The notes below the pieces were generated by a model. It made no database searches. It was given only the letters and a program-made list of their open reading frames with translations, and was not told where the DNA came from. From NCBI GenBank assembly GCA_964016885.1, contig OZ024741.1, forward strand, positions 349,370,001 to 349,434,000: 64,000 bases of DNA. Reading direction: 5' to 3'. Shown here in pieces: positions 28,701-44,023 of this stretch. Made by a program: the position numbers and the translations under genes. Every line of letters starts with the position of its first letter. The first letter of the stretch is position 1. Origin of the DNA: Eledone cirrhosa (taxonomy: Eukaryota).

Positions 28701-29454
28701 GAAAAAATATATAAAACAGAAAAAAAACCCAATAGTAGCATGCAGTCCTGGAAAATAGCGTAATACGTTTATTGTAACACAAACTGGTAACCCTGGCGAT
28801 GACCCCCACCACATACACAGATGTCATACAAACGTGACCTGCGGAAATTACCGCAGACCTGCACAACTTTCGTAAGCATCGGCCTCAAAAATATACTTCA
28901 ACCCGTTATGACAACCTGGTCTCTTTCAGCAACACTTGAAGATACAAACGTATATTTAAAAAAAAAACACATGAGCAGCCTACCACTGAAATAGCCATAA
29001 TCGTTATGAATATTCTCACTAATCCTTTCGCAACCATTGAGAATTTTCGTCAAGCACAGTGGACTGGTATTTTTATTTGTGTATTTTTTCTGAAAGTTTG
29101 GTAAACGTCCCCAACTACCAAACATCACGTACGGCGGTCCACTATAACGCCACCGAATTGAGCGTGCTAAAGGATGCGTACGATTAATAATTAATATTGT
29201 AGTTTTGTAGTCTTCTGAACTATACCGAGACACATTACTTTATTAACGGTACTTATATGTTTCCTTGGCCACTATATTATGACGGATTATAGAATCGATA
29301 TAGTGTTGAATTACCAGCCAGAATCGATGGTCGTGTCCCAGTGTGTGTCATCTTTAACTGCTTTTGATGAGTAGCGTACAAATCGTGAGGATCTCAAATT
29401 CCCTTGGAAACCAGTGTGGTATATACAAACACACACACACATATATATATACAT

Positions 29455-29492
<38 letters not shown>

Positions 29493-29509
29493 GTTTATTT
29501 TTCAACATA

Positions 29510-31800
29510 GTAACTTGGAAAGAAACTACCAAGTCATGTCAGAAGCGACCGTCCCCAACTGATTCGGCTGGATCCCCAAGCGTACCAGCCAAGCTCGTGG
29601 ATGATATCCAACAATCTTGCTCGGGGTCTACCTCTGAGTCTCCTGTCGGTTGGTTTGGCTCGGAAAATCTGTCAACAGACTCTTTCCTGAGACATTCTAA
29701 CCACACGCCTAAAGTATCGGAGCTGTGATCTCTCAATTCGGTGAAGTAGCGGCTCTACCTGGAGTGAATCTCTTATCTTCGAGCTATACACTCTATCGAG
29801 TAACATTACTCCAAAGACCCTTCGTATGAACCCATTTCGGCTGCTTGTATTCGCGATCGTATACTTTCGATCATTACCGAAGATTCACGTCCATATTTAA
29901 TGGATGGTACGAATACCGAATTGAAGATAGCTAATATGTATTTTATATCTACTTCCCTTCTGAGTACTGAATGCTGAAGCAGGTGCATTACTGTATTCTT
30001 GCACTTTATTCAACCTCCTGTCTTCCATCACACGTGAACAAGGCTCTGAGATACTGAAAATACTTCACCAACTTCAGTGGAGCTCCATTCACATATAGAG
30101 TGCACTGCGCAAGCTTCCTAGAGTGGACGTGTATCTCAGTTTTCACAGCACTGTATTTCAGTCCAACTGTGCATCACTCGGCATCAAACCTATCGAATGC
30201 AAATCGGAGATTAACTTCTGTTGAGTTAAGTAACACCATGTCGTCTGCAAATTTCAGCCGACTGATTTTACACCCACCAGTCGTGGTGCCACTTCCAACC
30301 CGGTCGCTCATATCAATCCTGTTCTTGAAGATAATGAACAGTAGAGGTGAGAGTACGCACCCGTGGTGGAGTCCGATACCTACATTGAACGGTTTCAATT
30401 TAGCGCCATTTATCCGAACACAAGTACTCGGGCATTCGTATAGAGGCATCAGGGTAGCAAGCAGCTGACCATCGTTCCCATACTACTGCACATCCTTCCA
30501 AAGCAGGTCTCGAGGAACTCGGTTATATGCCTTTTCGAGGTCTACAAAATAAGAATATACATCTTGGCAACACTCCCACGATTTCCCGAAGACCTTCCAA
30601 AGTGTGAATATTTGGTCGGCTGTGCTACCTCCGTGGCGAAAACCGCACTGTTCATCAGTTAGCTTGGATCCGACAATCTTCCTGCATCTCTTTGCCAAAC
30701 ACTTAGAATAGCCTTTACCGGGGAGGCTTATCAAGGAGATCCCTCTGTAATTGGAACACTCTCTCTCTTTTCTCCCTTTTTGAAAATTGGGATTATCACT
30801 TCCGATTTCCATTGTTTAGTTGCCTTTCAAAAGATCCTGACCACCGGGCATATAATGCCTTCTCTATTTAAGGTTTTAACATCTCGGGCCGGATTTCATC
30901 TTCCCCTTGCCGCGTTTGAGCTTTTTAACTGCTCTTGTGACCACAGCCTCTGATAGATTAGCCACTGCTACCAGATGTACCTCGTTTACATCGGAAGATG
31001 CTGTTGTGATCGGGATTAGGAGATCAGCAAAGAATTCTCTCTACCTCGCGAGGATCACCTCTGAAGAGAGGAGAACCGCAGACACTTTCCTGATAGCAGG
31101 TATGGAGGATGATTCCTTATTACGAAGTCGGCGGATGTTCTGCCAGAACACTTTATTTGCTGATCTGAAGTTGGATTCCAGCTTAACCCCTAAGTCCTTC
31201 CATGTCCTAACTTTGGAGTCCTTTACTCTCTCTGCTGCAATTCTTCGAGCCTGCTTGTACCGCAAGTACACGAAGGAGGACTTGTTTCGAAACCAAGCTT
31301 TGTAGACCTCCTTTGATAGAATGAAATCTTCGACATCTTGATTGAACCAAGGGGTCCTCCTGCCATCCGACGCGAGACCATACATCTTTCCCTCGCAGCA
31401 ATCAACAGCTGAAACCGAAACAGCTGAGTTGAATAATCTCCACTCTGTCTCAACGTCCTGAGTTTGCTCATGGAGTTCTCTGAATGTGGATGCAATAGTA
31501 TCTGCATACCCGCTCCCGACTTTCTTATCTGTCAATGCTTCCCATTTCATCCTGTTTTATGGGCTTCTTTGCCTTTTGGTAGTCTCAAGTTGCAGATTAC
31601 TAGATGGTGATCAGTTAACAGCTCAGCTCCTCTCTTAACATGTACATTCAGCACAGAATCCAAGAGATCACAGACAATAACAAAATCAATTATTGATCTC
31701 TGCTTCCGATTCCCCTTATTCCATATATAGGTATGGATGTCTTTGTGCTGGAAGAAGGTCTTCATAATAGAGAGTCCATTGCTTGAGCAGAAGTCTAATA
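29510..31800 (-). mobile_element. Degenerate RTE-clade LINE (APE C-terminus plus RT)
   Basis: RSIIDFVIV..TDHHLV; NYRGISL, EQCGFR, FVDLEKAYNRV, GCVLSPLLF, FADD over several broken ORFs. Confidence 0.85.
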
Positions 31801-32024
31801 AGACCTAATAAGTCTAATAAGGATATATGTCTTAGTCACAATTACATCTAACGTTACAAAGACTTAATCAAGGAAAGACCTGTATTCGGACTCCTCGTTT
31901 GGTGCATAACCTTGCATCACCTCAGGCACTTCAACAGGCAAAACCTCCTCTTAATGGGATCCAGTCCATAACACATTCTGACAGCCAGGTGTCGTCTCTG
32001 GATTTTGGTCATTGTGTTTATTAT

Positions 32025-32078
<54 letters not shown>

Positions 32079-32261
32079 TTGGAGAGGGTCATATTGTTGT
32101 AATAATATTGCCAGAAATGATAACAGAACACATGATGATATATATATATATATATTACCCGAGATGTCGCATATATGTTATGGAATACTGTTAGCTTCTC
32201 GCTACAAGAATTTCTATACTTTTCATTTATATATATATATATCATCTCTGGACGAGAGCCG

Positions 32262-33614
32262 ACAGAAAAAACAATTTTGATATCATTATGGGATCATCTG
32301 ACTCGGCGCAAATAACGGATCTTGTTGGTTTATTTATTAATAATGTTGTACTGCATAGGAACATTCCAGAGATGACCGGTGGTTTATATCGTGATGATAT
32401 GCTGCTTTTAATTGAAAACCATAGTAATTGTGAAATTAATAGAAAAAAAAAATTCATAATACAATTCTTCAAGACGTAACCTTAAACCTTAGCACAGGTC
32501 TTTACTATCCTTTCCATTTTTAATTTCTAATTTCAATTTTTAATTTCTATTATTTTAATTCTTACATTTTTATGTTTTAATTCTTACATTATTATTTTTC
32601 TAATGGCACCCTCTAAAGATATATTTTTTAGATGTAGATTGGTAATCATTAACTGACATTAGAAAAATTGATCCTCTTCACGACAGTCTCTTAGATAAAC
32701 ACATTACGTATCTCCTCTTTTAGATTTTCAAACATTCACACATCTTTCGACTAAAATAATTAATCTCACACTAACTCTTCAAATTTATAGAATAACAAAC
32801 AAAATTGGAGTTATCTTTCCTTTCTCAATCGTGTAAATTAAAAATATTATGAAAACATTTTCAATGCTGAACAAAATATCCAAATCTATAAATTGTTCTC
32901 CTCTCATAACTTGAACTACCTATTTATTTACTTAAAACACAAAATCAATAACCCTCGTAACTCATATTATAAACAACTAATAATTGTAAATGTTCTATAT
33001 CTCTTTAATACTAATACATATGCAATTATTAATATATACAGATATTTATACATATAACCTACTACTACAAAATTGTAATAAGATAATACTTACAAACATA
33101 ATTCTCCATATAAGTATATACATAATATAGGTAAATATTCAAATTTTTTCCCCAAAAATTAACGTAAATATAAGGTCTTCTTTTCTTTATTCTTTTTTCC
33201 TTTTTTTTTCGCTTTTTCTTTCTTTTCTTTCTTTCCTACTAATACAAACACATATCTAAATTCTCCATAGCGTCTAAAATAACGTTTTTTTTTCAAACAT
33301 TTACCTCAACCTCATTTACATATTCATTTGCATACTCATCTTAACAATTTTGAAAAATCTGTCTCTAAGGATAAGTTAGGGTTGGCTATGTCAAAATTTA
33401 TAAAACACACTTTGTATTATATCTGATGAAAGCGTACCAAAGTTTTTGGTACCCTTGAAATATATATAATAGAATAAATATGGTTTTATAAATATAGTTT
33501 CAATTTATTTAATATCATTGAATATTATACTCCAGAAAACTTGTCGAGTGCTCTGAATCAGTTATAAACATTTATATTTGTTGAATTACCAACAAATTGA
33601 ATACCCCTTCTGCT

Positions 33615-33620
<6 letters not shown>
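32262..33620 (+). mobile_element. Internally deleted Penelope-like element (RT core, AT-rich 3' UTR, hammerhead)
   Basis: MGSSDSAQITDLVGLF...GGLYRDD matches the 640-aa ORF; 3' end similar to 18.8-18.97 kb. Confidence 0.75.
33415..33476 (+). ncRNA. Minimal type I hammerhead
   Basis: tattatat-CTGATGA-aagcgtaccaaagtttttggtaccctt-GAAA-tatata-TA-atagaata. Confidence 0.8.
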
Positions 33621-33649
<29 letters not shown>

Positions 33650-33652
<3 letters not shown>

Positions 33653-34208
33653 TAGCTATATCGCCTCCACAGAACATGATGTTAACATCAGACTGGGAAA
33701 AGCCTGGGGAGCATTGAATGCAATGGAAAAGATATGGAAAACAAACCTGCCGACCAAACTGAAAAGGAATTTCTTCAGAGCTGCTGTGGAGTCTGTGCTT
33801 GTTTATGGCTCTATCACTTGGACGCTAACGTCGAAACTGGAGAAAAGGCTAGACGGGGCATACACACGTATGCTCCGCGCTGCTTTAAACGTGTCTTGGA
33901 GGGAACACCCAACAAATAAGGATCTCTAAGGATCAATATACCACCTATCAGCAGGTCAATACCTGGACAGAGACTCAGATTTGCTGGCCACTGTTGGCGC
34001 AGCAAGGAAGAAATAGCAGGTGATGTGTTGTTATGGAGTCCATCTCATGGAGCAAGAAACGCTGGTCGTCCCAAGAAGACATACGTCAAGCAACTTGAGG
34101 ACGATACTGGATGCACTGCGGAAGAACTGGCAAACGCTATGAGAGACAGAGGTGGATGGAGGAAGCGTGTCGTAGAAAGCCGAGCAAGCTCGACCTGATG
34201 ATGATGAT
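33650..34208 (+). mobile_element. 5'-truncated RTE-type LINE 3' end
   Basis: [17 protein letters not shown]...[16 protein letters not shown]; ends in (GAT)n tail. Confidence 0.85.
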
Positions 34209-34366
34209 ATATATATATATATATACATTAGTGTGTGTGTGTGCGCGCGTGTGTGTATGCGCGCACATATTCACATAGGTATACTCACATACAGAGATAT
34301 AAACACACATAAATATATATATTGATGCATACATACATACATATACATTCATGCGTACGTATATTC

Positions 34367-34467
34367 ATACATACATACATACATACATACATACATACAT
34401 ACATACATACATACATACATACATACATACATACATACATACATACATACATACATACATACATACA

Positions 34468-34498
<31 letters not shown>

Positions 34499-34611
34499 CT
34501 TTGTAGCTGGGTATTTATCTATATATTTTTTGCTTCTGTTCTAACCATCATGGCAATCTTGTGTTTTACTGTAGCAGTTGTTCTTGATTTTACTCTCTCT
34601 CTCTCCCCCTC

Positions 34612-34670
<59 letters not shown>

Positions 34671-35177
34671 TTCTTCTCATTGACATTGACAGATGGGTGT
34701 TAAATGTTAAGTTTTTGCTGACAGTCCCGCTGCACTCTTTTGGAATTTCGAATATATTGGCGTCTGTTCTTTGATGTTAAACCACAACAGAGAGGAGAAT
34801 GCCGACCTCTCCAGGTGACCACCACAATAATCTAGTCTATCCATTCTCTTTCGTTATATACTTACATACATCCGTACATAGATGCATGCATACATACGTA
34901 CATATATACATACATAAGTACGTACGTAAGTACATACATACATACATACATACATACGTACATACATACATACGTACGTACATACATACGTACATACAGA
35001 CATACGTACGTACATACATACGTACATACATACATACGTACGTAAATGCATACACACATACGTACGTACTTAAATACATACAAAACATGCGTACGTACAT
35101 ACATGTATACATACATACATACATACATACATACATACATACGTACATACGTACGTACGTACATACATACATACATA
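34367..35177. repeat. (CATA)n and degenerate CATA/CGTA microsatellites
   Basis: Direct inspection (34367-34497, ~34860-35177). Confidence 0.9.
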
Positions 35178-35207
35178 TGTGTATATATCTATCTATCTAT
35201 ATATACG

Positions 35208-35289
<82 letters not shown>

Positions 35290-35774
35290 TTTACTGAGTC
35301 TGTGTGATGGAGTGAGTGCATTACTTCATGTTTCCATATGCCATTTTTTTTCTTTCTGGAGCTATTACCATCTTTATTTATATATTTATTGTGGGGGAGC
35401 GGTGGTATGTTAATGAGCATATGCGTGTGTGAGTGTACTAGTGCACGTTCACACAATTGAATTATTTGCCCTGTCCTATTTTCTCACCTCTCCCTCTCTC
35501 TTTACACTTGCCTTCCTTTGTTAATATATTTATTTATTTGTTGTTTGTTTCTTTGTTTTTTAATATATATATATAGTTTTCCATCAGACACTTATGAAAT
35601 GATGGAATTTCTGCTGCTGTTGTTGTTGTTATTTAGCTCGATGTCAGCTCAGATCGATGAGACGTGTGATCCAAGATGTACCATCAACGACCACGCTGTC
35701 GTTGTTTCTATCTGTATCAAGTATTGTATTATACAATGCATCTTCTCTGTTCAAATTGTTAGAAAATTAATGAT

Positions 35775-35970
35775 TTCTAGTATAGGCACAAGACCAGTAA
35801 TTTGGGGGAGGGGAAAGTCGATTAAATCGACCTCAGTACGTTATCGACCGCGTAATGATGAAAGGCAAAGTTAACCTCGGCGGGATTTGAACTCAGACTG
35901 TAAAATACCGTAAGTCTATGGGGAAAAGCATGGTGTCCGACTCTCTACCAATACTGCCAATCCACCACCC
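35775..35970 (-). mobile_element. SINE with 24-bp TSD
   Basis: tcaaattgttagaaaattaatgat at 35751-35774 and 35971-35994. Confidence 0.9.
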
Positions 35971-36685
35971 TCAAATTGTTAGAAAATTAATGATAAGGGG
36001 AAGGTTTGACAGCCACTTGTTCGGTCGTTTCTTCTGTGTTGTTTAATCCCTGGAAAATGATGTCCAAATATCTATTATCAATCAAATTATTCATATCAGG
36101 ATTTGAACGTATAATTTCCCCCAAAAGTTCACGTCTGAAAATTCTTCCTCCTAGGTCTTCACGATTGGGTCTGCACTAGGAGAAAAATACTACCCGGCAG
36201 TCTTTAGCTGTTGTTTAGCCACAGGTTAAATAACTTTCATTGAACATTCATAGATCCAAAGGTGTTCAAATCCTGATCATCCATATATTATACTAGCCAA
36301 AATATGAATCTCCAGGTGGTTTTCTGCTCGCGCATGTGGTTTCCAATCAATATATACAAATTTATTCAAAGAAAAAATAAAATTTTTGACATGCAAATGA
36401 TACGAAATCGCAACGATATATTTCGTCATGCCGTTTACTTAATTTGATACAACTACATTTATTTTCCGCAAAGATAGGATATGAAGTAATAAGCAGAGGC
36501 GAGATTGAAACAACCTAACATCATACCTACGATTTGATTCGAACCGGTACAGATTTTCGAATAAGACAGTTATTTTTTAGTGCCTCGTGGATATCTCATA
36601 GCTTCTAATCTAGGAGCGAAATTTCTTTCGTGACAAAAGAACGATACGAAATTTCAAAGTTTGACTTTACATTTTATTTAATTAA

Positions 36686-36838
36686 ATAATTGTTTCTACT
36701 TTTGGCACAAGGCCAGCAATTACCCAGTGCATTTCTGGTACTTTATTTTATCGACCCCGAAAAGATGAAAGGCAAAGTTAACCTCGGCGGGATTTGAACT
36801 CAGATCATAAAGGGCCGTAACTCTTTGCTGAAAAGCAT
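36686..36838 (-). mobile_element. SINE (main family), 5' truncated
   Basis: Core plus B-box. Confidence 0.85.
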
Positions 36839-37097
36839 GTCGTACATGAAGTGTGCACGTGTGTGCGTGTGTGTGTGTGTACACATGGACAGTTATATGT
36901 AGGCTGTTCACGGATGGGAACACCTAGAAATCTTCATGTACTACGCACAAACAGTAAAACGAAGAATCTGGTGTATCTAGAAGAATTTTGAGTGTTTTGT
37001 TTTTTTTGTCACACACACCATGGTCTCGCCTCATACTGTAAACCAGACAATGCATTTAATAGTCATTTTCTCTTCTATTGGTCTTCTTTTATTATCG

Positions 37098-37131
37098 GTT
37101 TATCCAGGCGAAACTGGGTACCTCAGCTAGT
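37098..37131 (+). mobile_element. Possible Helitron-type 3' end
   Basis: Short hairpin ccag-gcgaaa-ctgg followed by ...cagCTAG-T; no 5' end found. Confidence 0.35.
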
Positions 37132-37705
37132 ATTATAAATAAATTCCACGTGCTTTTACCTTTAAAATAGTAGGTTTGACGTCAAAAAGACATAGGTTAA
37201 AATAGAAGCTATGAATAGATCCACAAAACCTCTAAATAAACAACTCTAACTAGAAATAACTTAATTAAAGTGAGTAGCAATAATAGTATTGCAATAAAAG
37301 TGTAGAATAAAATAAAACTAAGCAGTGTTCTACCAGCCGTAGTGTACAATAAATGTATATCTGTACACATGCAGAGTGGGTAACCAAGACTACACCAATC
37401 TGTATATAAATATCGACATATTTAATAAGTAGCCATGTAAATATACCATAAAAAAAAAAATTGAAAAAAAAAAATCGATAAAACACATTTAATCGATTTT
37501 GGGACCTAATTAGGCCCTCATTAGATGGCGTGTATATCATCCAAACCACCACAAGGAACCATGTATTTGGTGGGTTTATATACCCATTCAGTCATAGTAC
37601 TATACACACACATATATATATATATAGTTAAACTTTGGGAGGCTGATGCTGCCGATAAATGCAAAAACGCTGTATACATACATATATATATATATATTTA
37701 TATAT

Positions 37706-37737
<32 letters not shown>

Positions 37738-37971
37738 ATATATTATATATATATATATATATATGCCTTCTACATGGATACGGCGGATATGAGTAGTTCC
37801 ACATCGGTTGGCTGTAATCCAATCAGATGCGGCATACCTTTTTAAGAATGTCGATTTAAAAGAACCAGTTGATCTGTTTGTACTAGGTATAGATGAGAGA
37901 AACACATTGCTATGATGTCTATTGTTCCGTGGCCTTAGTTGTCTATATTCGCAATAACTAACATTATTACG

Positions 37972-39282
37972 TGGATTGGCAGTATCGGTAGAAGGTCGGA
38001 CGCCATGCTTTCCAGCATAGTTACGTCCCTTATTACAGATAAATGTGTTTATTATTTAAACGCATCAAGGGTCGGACACCATGCTTTACAGCAAAGAGTT
38101 ACGGCCATTTACGGTCTGAATTCAAATCCCGCTGAGGTTAACGTTGCATTTCATCCTTACAGGGTCGATAAAATAAAGTACCTGTAACGTACTGGAGTCG
38201 ATTTAATCGACTTTCCCCTCCCCAAAAATTATTGGCATTGTGCCTATATTAGGATTGGCAGTATCAGTAGAGGGTCGGACGCCATGCTTTCCAGCATAGT
38301 TACGTCCCTTTACGATCTGAGTTCAAATCCCGCCGAGGTTGACTTTGCCTTTCATTCTTACGGGGTCGATAAAATAAAGTACCAGTAATGCACTGGGTAA
38401 TTGCTGGCCTTGTGCCTAAAGTAGAAACAATTATTTAAACGCATCAGGGCGGTGGATTGGCAGTATCAGTGGAGGGTCGGACGCCATTCTTTGCAGCATA
38501 GAGTTACAGCCCTTCATGATCTGAGTTCAAATCCCGCCGAGGTTAACTTTACCATTCATCCTTACAGGGTCGATAAAATAAAAAGTACATGTCAGGCACT
38601 GGGGTCGATTTAATCGACGTTTCCCCTTCCCCCAAATTGCTTGCCCTGTGCCTATATAAGAAACAATTATTTGCCGCATCGAGGGTGGTGGATTGGCAAA
38701 ATCGTTGCTTTGTTGCATTTGATCGTGCTCTTTACATTTTGAGTTCAAATCCGTCGATCAATTTTGGCTCTCTTCCGACGGGAGTTGATAAAATATCATT
38801 GTTTCTACTTTTGGCACAAGGCCAGCCAAAAACCCAGTGTATTACTGGTACTTTATTTTATCGAACCGGTAAGGATGAAAGGCAAAGTTAACCTCGGCGG
38901 GATTTGAACTCAGACCATAAAGGGACGTAACTATGCTGGAAAGCATGGCGTCAGACCCTCTACCGATACTGCCAATCCGTACGAAACAAATACTGGGTTC
39001 GCTATAATCAGCATTACTCTCCACATGAATTGCAGATTTTATGCCTAGGTTAGAAATTTAGAGTGGTAGATTGGGAAAATCATTAAAGCGTTGGGTATAA
39101 TGCTTTGTGGTATTTGTTTCAGCTCTTTACATTTCGAGTTCAAATCCCGCCGATGTGAAATTTGCCTTTTATTCGGAGAGTGTCGACAAAATAAAGTACC
39201 AGTAATGAACAGGTGTCGATTTAATCGACTTTCTCCTTCCCATCAAATTGTTGGCCTTGTGCCAAAAGAAGAAACAATTATT
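37972..39282. mobile_element. Cluster of seven SINE copies/fragments (six +, one -)
   Basis: Repeated heads/B-boxes at ~37972, 38068, 38252, 38447, 38682, 39060 (+) and 38797-38979 (-). Confidence 0.85.
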
Positions 39283-40105
39283 AAAATACATCCCCATACA
39301 CAACTGAAAATAAACTTTACGAAAATTAACAAGGAAAAGAGCGTAGGATTTATCTAATGGTGCAATTCTAAACTATATATATATTATATACACACACGCA
39401 TATTTCTAAACACGTCTGTGTATGTGTCTTATCTCGTCGATAATTTCTAAAGTAAAACCAATAAAATGCCTGCTAGCATGGTTCATTAGAATGACGAGTT
39501 TTCGATCCCAATATTAAGCTTATTTCAATGACATTTAACTTTTGAGTTTGACTTATCTTTATTATGCGCATATAAAACTGACACGAAATACCTTTATTTT
39601 AAATATTCAATTCAGTTAAATCTCTGATTAAGTGGGTTTTTTCTTTCTTATTTGTTTGTTTTCCTTTCACCTTTCATTCATATTGATATATCATCGAATG
39701 CGAGACTGTTTGTGGACATATAGAAAAAAGACACTGTTTTTTACACAATATTTCTTTAGGCAAGTACTCGGGTGTTTCGCTCAATTGTGTTGAATGACTT
39801 CCTTACTAATCCGTAGCTTATCGTAAGGTCGAACTATGTGTCTATCAATTCTAGATAACATTGTTATTGATATATAAATTGAATTTCGAGGAAGTTGTTT
39901 AAAACATTGTGTTATCATAATGACTAGTAACCCAAACACTGAAAATAGAGTGTTTTATTCAAATTTTCATTCTTAATAGACTTTCATCAAAGAATCGCTA
40001 TCAGATACTTCTCTCTTTTTCGGGACAGAACATTTTTGGTGATGGTTAACGGTCGAGTGAAAAGGAATCGGAATTTGAAAATGCAGTTGAAATCACACTA
40101 AAAGG

Positions 40106-40152
<47 letters not shown>

Positions 40153-40155
<3 letters not shown>

Positions 40156-40230
40156 AAAAAAGAAAGTGTGGTAAGGAACCAGGTGGACCATAACGCACCA
40201 GAATACTCGATACTTAGGGTAGTAGAGTAT
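40153..40230 (-). mobile_element. Family A tail-only fragment
   Basis: gtggtaaggaaccaggtggaccataacgcacc...ttagggtagtagagt between (TA)n. Confidence 0.65.
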
Positions 40231-40895
40231 ATATATATAGTGTCTAACTTTCAAATCTCAGAAAATAAACCCTAACATCTAAAGTCGCTTCAACTTCTCA
40301 CAGCCACACACAGACACACACACAGAGACACACACACACATAAGAGAGTCAATTTTTGTGTGAATTTCTGTATGCAACACAACTTATAACAAACGGAGCC
40401 ATTGTTTTATGTACTGCATAAAGGATAGGCTTCCCACCACACCTTATTGTTATTGTATCGACGAATTTGCGTGGTGGTATGTACCAAATGTGTTCCAGGA
40501 AGGGCATCTGGACGTAGAAAACTTGCTTCAAATGTTATGGGCATTACATTGAAATATGGACCCCAAAACGATGATGGTGATAACAATGACAATGAAGAAA
40601 AGGAAGAGAAGGTGGAGGAGAAAAAGATGTCAGTAATGTGATAGAACATAAGGAGCGTGAAGAGCTGGTATAATGATAGTATATGGACGTGTACGTAAAA
40701 ACAGTGTGCATTCACCGTCACAAATATATCCAACACACATGGACATAAATACATATGTATTATGCGTCTGTGACAATGTCTGTGTGTATGTGTGTATTTA
40801 TATATATGTGTGTGTGTATATATATATATATGTGTGTATGTGTGTGTTTCTCTCTCTCTATATATATATATATGTGTGTGTGTGTGTATGTGTGT

Positions 40896-40950
<55 letters not shown>

Positions 40951-41072
40951 TGTTTATGTGTGTGTGTATGTGTGTCTTTCTATATATATATGTGTGTGTA
41001 TGTGTGTGTGTGTGTGTGTGTTTCTATATATATATATATTTGTGTGTGTGTGTGCGTGTATGTGTGTGTTTC

Positions 41073-41110
<38 letters not shown>

Positions 41111-41343
41111 CGTGTGTGTATGTGTGTGTTTCTCTATATATATGTGTGTGTGTGTGTGTATGTGTGTGTGTGTAAAGGCATGTGTATCTATGTGAACTGT
41201 TTGACATAGAATGGTCTCTAAACAATAAAAATATTCCGAACAAGTCAAACATGTAATCTTGTTAAATGTTAGAATATTTCTCATTTTATATGTTGAGAGT
41301 ACAATTCTAATTGGCTTCTGTATTTATATAAATACTTACATAC

Positions 41344-41484
<141 letters not shown>

Positions 41485-41560
41485 CGTACATATGTGTGTG
41501 AGTGCGTGTATAAACATACAATTAATTGTATGTATAAAACTGTGTATATATATATATATA

Positions 41561-41745
41561 TAACAAAAGAATTGTGGTAAGGAACCAGATGGACGATAAC
41601 GCACCAGAGTACTCAATGCTTAGGGTAGTAGAGTGGGAAATATGAAAAAGTATGACCCCGACGGCAGAGCTCAAGCCGTTTCGACGGCTATTTCTGGACT
41701 AGTCGAAACAGCTTGAGCTCTGCCGTCGGGGTCATACTTTTTCAT
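41561..41745 (-). mobile_element. Fold-back mini-element, family A
   Basis: Tail, arm, junction ctggactagtc, inverted arm ending tttttcatata. Confidence 0.8.
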
Positions 41746-41762
41746 ATATATATATATATATA

Positions 41763-41850
41763 ATAGTAATAATAATAAATTTGAAGATCCTGTTAAGGGT
41801 GAAAGCAGCGATTCTTTGCTTAAACTTTAATCTGTTATTTTAATAAATAT
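41763..41850. mobile_element. Minimal family P derivative (~88 bp)
   Basis: Element terminus tagtaataataataaatttgaaga joined to inverted gaagatcc...taataaata. Confidence 0.75.
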
Positions 41851-41879
41851 ATATATATATGTGTGTGTGTGTATATATA

Positions 41880-42003
<124 letters not shown>

Positions 42004-42073
42004 CATCCACACATATATATATATATAAACACATATATATATATATATATATATATAAATATATGTATATATG

Positions 42074-42104
<31 letters not shown>

Positions 42105-42117
42105 GTATATATAAATG

Positions 42118-42215
<98 letters not shown>

Positions 42216-42254
42216 CATCCACACATATATATATAAACACACATATATATATAA

Positions 42255-42302
<48 letters not shown>

Positions 42303-42326
42303 GTGTATATATATATGTATATATAA

Positions 42327-42403
<77 letters not shown>

Positions 42404-42830
42404 TACATATATTCACATAGATACATATATATGTGTGTATGTGTGTATAGGAAACAATAGCCATCCATCCTTAATAAAATAATATATTAGTATGTGTGTG
42501 TATGTTGCTGTGATATGGTAGTTCGTATTCCAATAGAGGAGATATGCAGGATGGGTAAAACACAAGAATGAAAACGGATATGTCCTCTAAGAGGAAAATA
42601 GATTTACATAATTTCTCTATTTTCATATCAACTCCGTCATCTGCATCACTACCATCATATCCATGATGATGATGATTATCATGCTTATCATCATCATCAT
42701 TATTATTATAACTGGTCTGATAAGCATTTATTATCATTAGCTACATCATGAGTTTTATTTATATTTATCTTAATAATATGACTATAATAATAGTAGTAAT
42801 AATAATAATAACAATAATAATAGTAATAAA

Positions 42831-42863
<33 letters not shown>

Positions 42864-43878
42864 TGCATTAATAATATTGTTATTGTAAGTATAATCAGCC
42901 GCATCAGCATCAACACCTCATAAATCTCATTTCCATATTGTCAACCTTCTCACCATCTTCATCATCATCATTATTCTCATCATCATCATCATCACATCCA
43001 GTTTCTTTAGATACTTATAATTAGAAAGAATAAAAATCTCATATACGTTTGTAAATATAGACACACAGTCACACACCCGCTAACATTATCAAACAGAAAT
43101 ATTGATATGCATATATATATGTAATATAATATAATCTCTCTTCTTCTTGGTTGTCCATCGTAAACGATGACATCTTCTTTATTTTAGTTCCCGTCTGCCG
43201 TGGGCACGAAGGTGGCTGTGGAGGCCGATCCTTGATTTGCAGGTCCGGGGACAGTGGGGGCAGGGGAAGAGACCGGAGTCGCTTGGGGCAGCTGTTGATG
43301 CCTTTCTCCGCAGGGCTTTGGGAGTGCACGCTAAAGAAGAAACCTGTGCGGGAAAGGTTTATAGTGGGGGATTTCAGACTCGTCCGGCTACCCTCAATCT
43401 GGTTCGGCCCGCCAGCCAAGGCGGTTTACCAGGGTGTGGCCGCTGTCGCACGCTACAGATTCTTGGGGCCATAGGTGAGAGCTGAGTGTCAGATGGGGCC
43501 CAATGCAGGACGAGTTGTCCTGATCCTGAAAAGGGCATGGCTAGTCCCCCCCCCCCTACAAAGGTACATGTCCCTCCCTGACACCCCAGCCCAGGCATAT
43601 ACACGCGTATATACATACGCATACATATGTACATGTGTATATACATATTTACACTATTTACACATTTTTGGATGGCCGTTGACTCTTATGCGTTCTTCCG
43701 CCCTTTGTCAGGTTTTGTTTTTTGTCCTGCAGGCTGTCCAAAATCACCCTCCTCACCAAGTAAACTTGGTGTGGTGGGATTGCCAGTTTAGTCGCCAACG
43801 ACGCGACCATGCGACAGGTTGTACTGGTTTACATGTTACCAGTAGCACTCAAGAGTGCCCTGACACAATAATATATAG

Positions 43879-44004
<126 letters not shown>

Positions 44005-44023
44005 ACACGCACACACATATATA

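Noticed and set aside
43185-43863. GC-rich segment, possible retroelement fragment
   Set aside because: No recognisable motif; cannot classify
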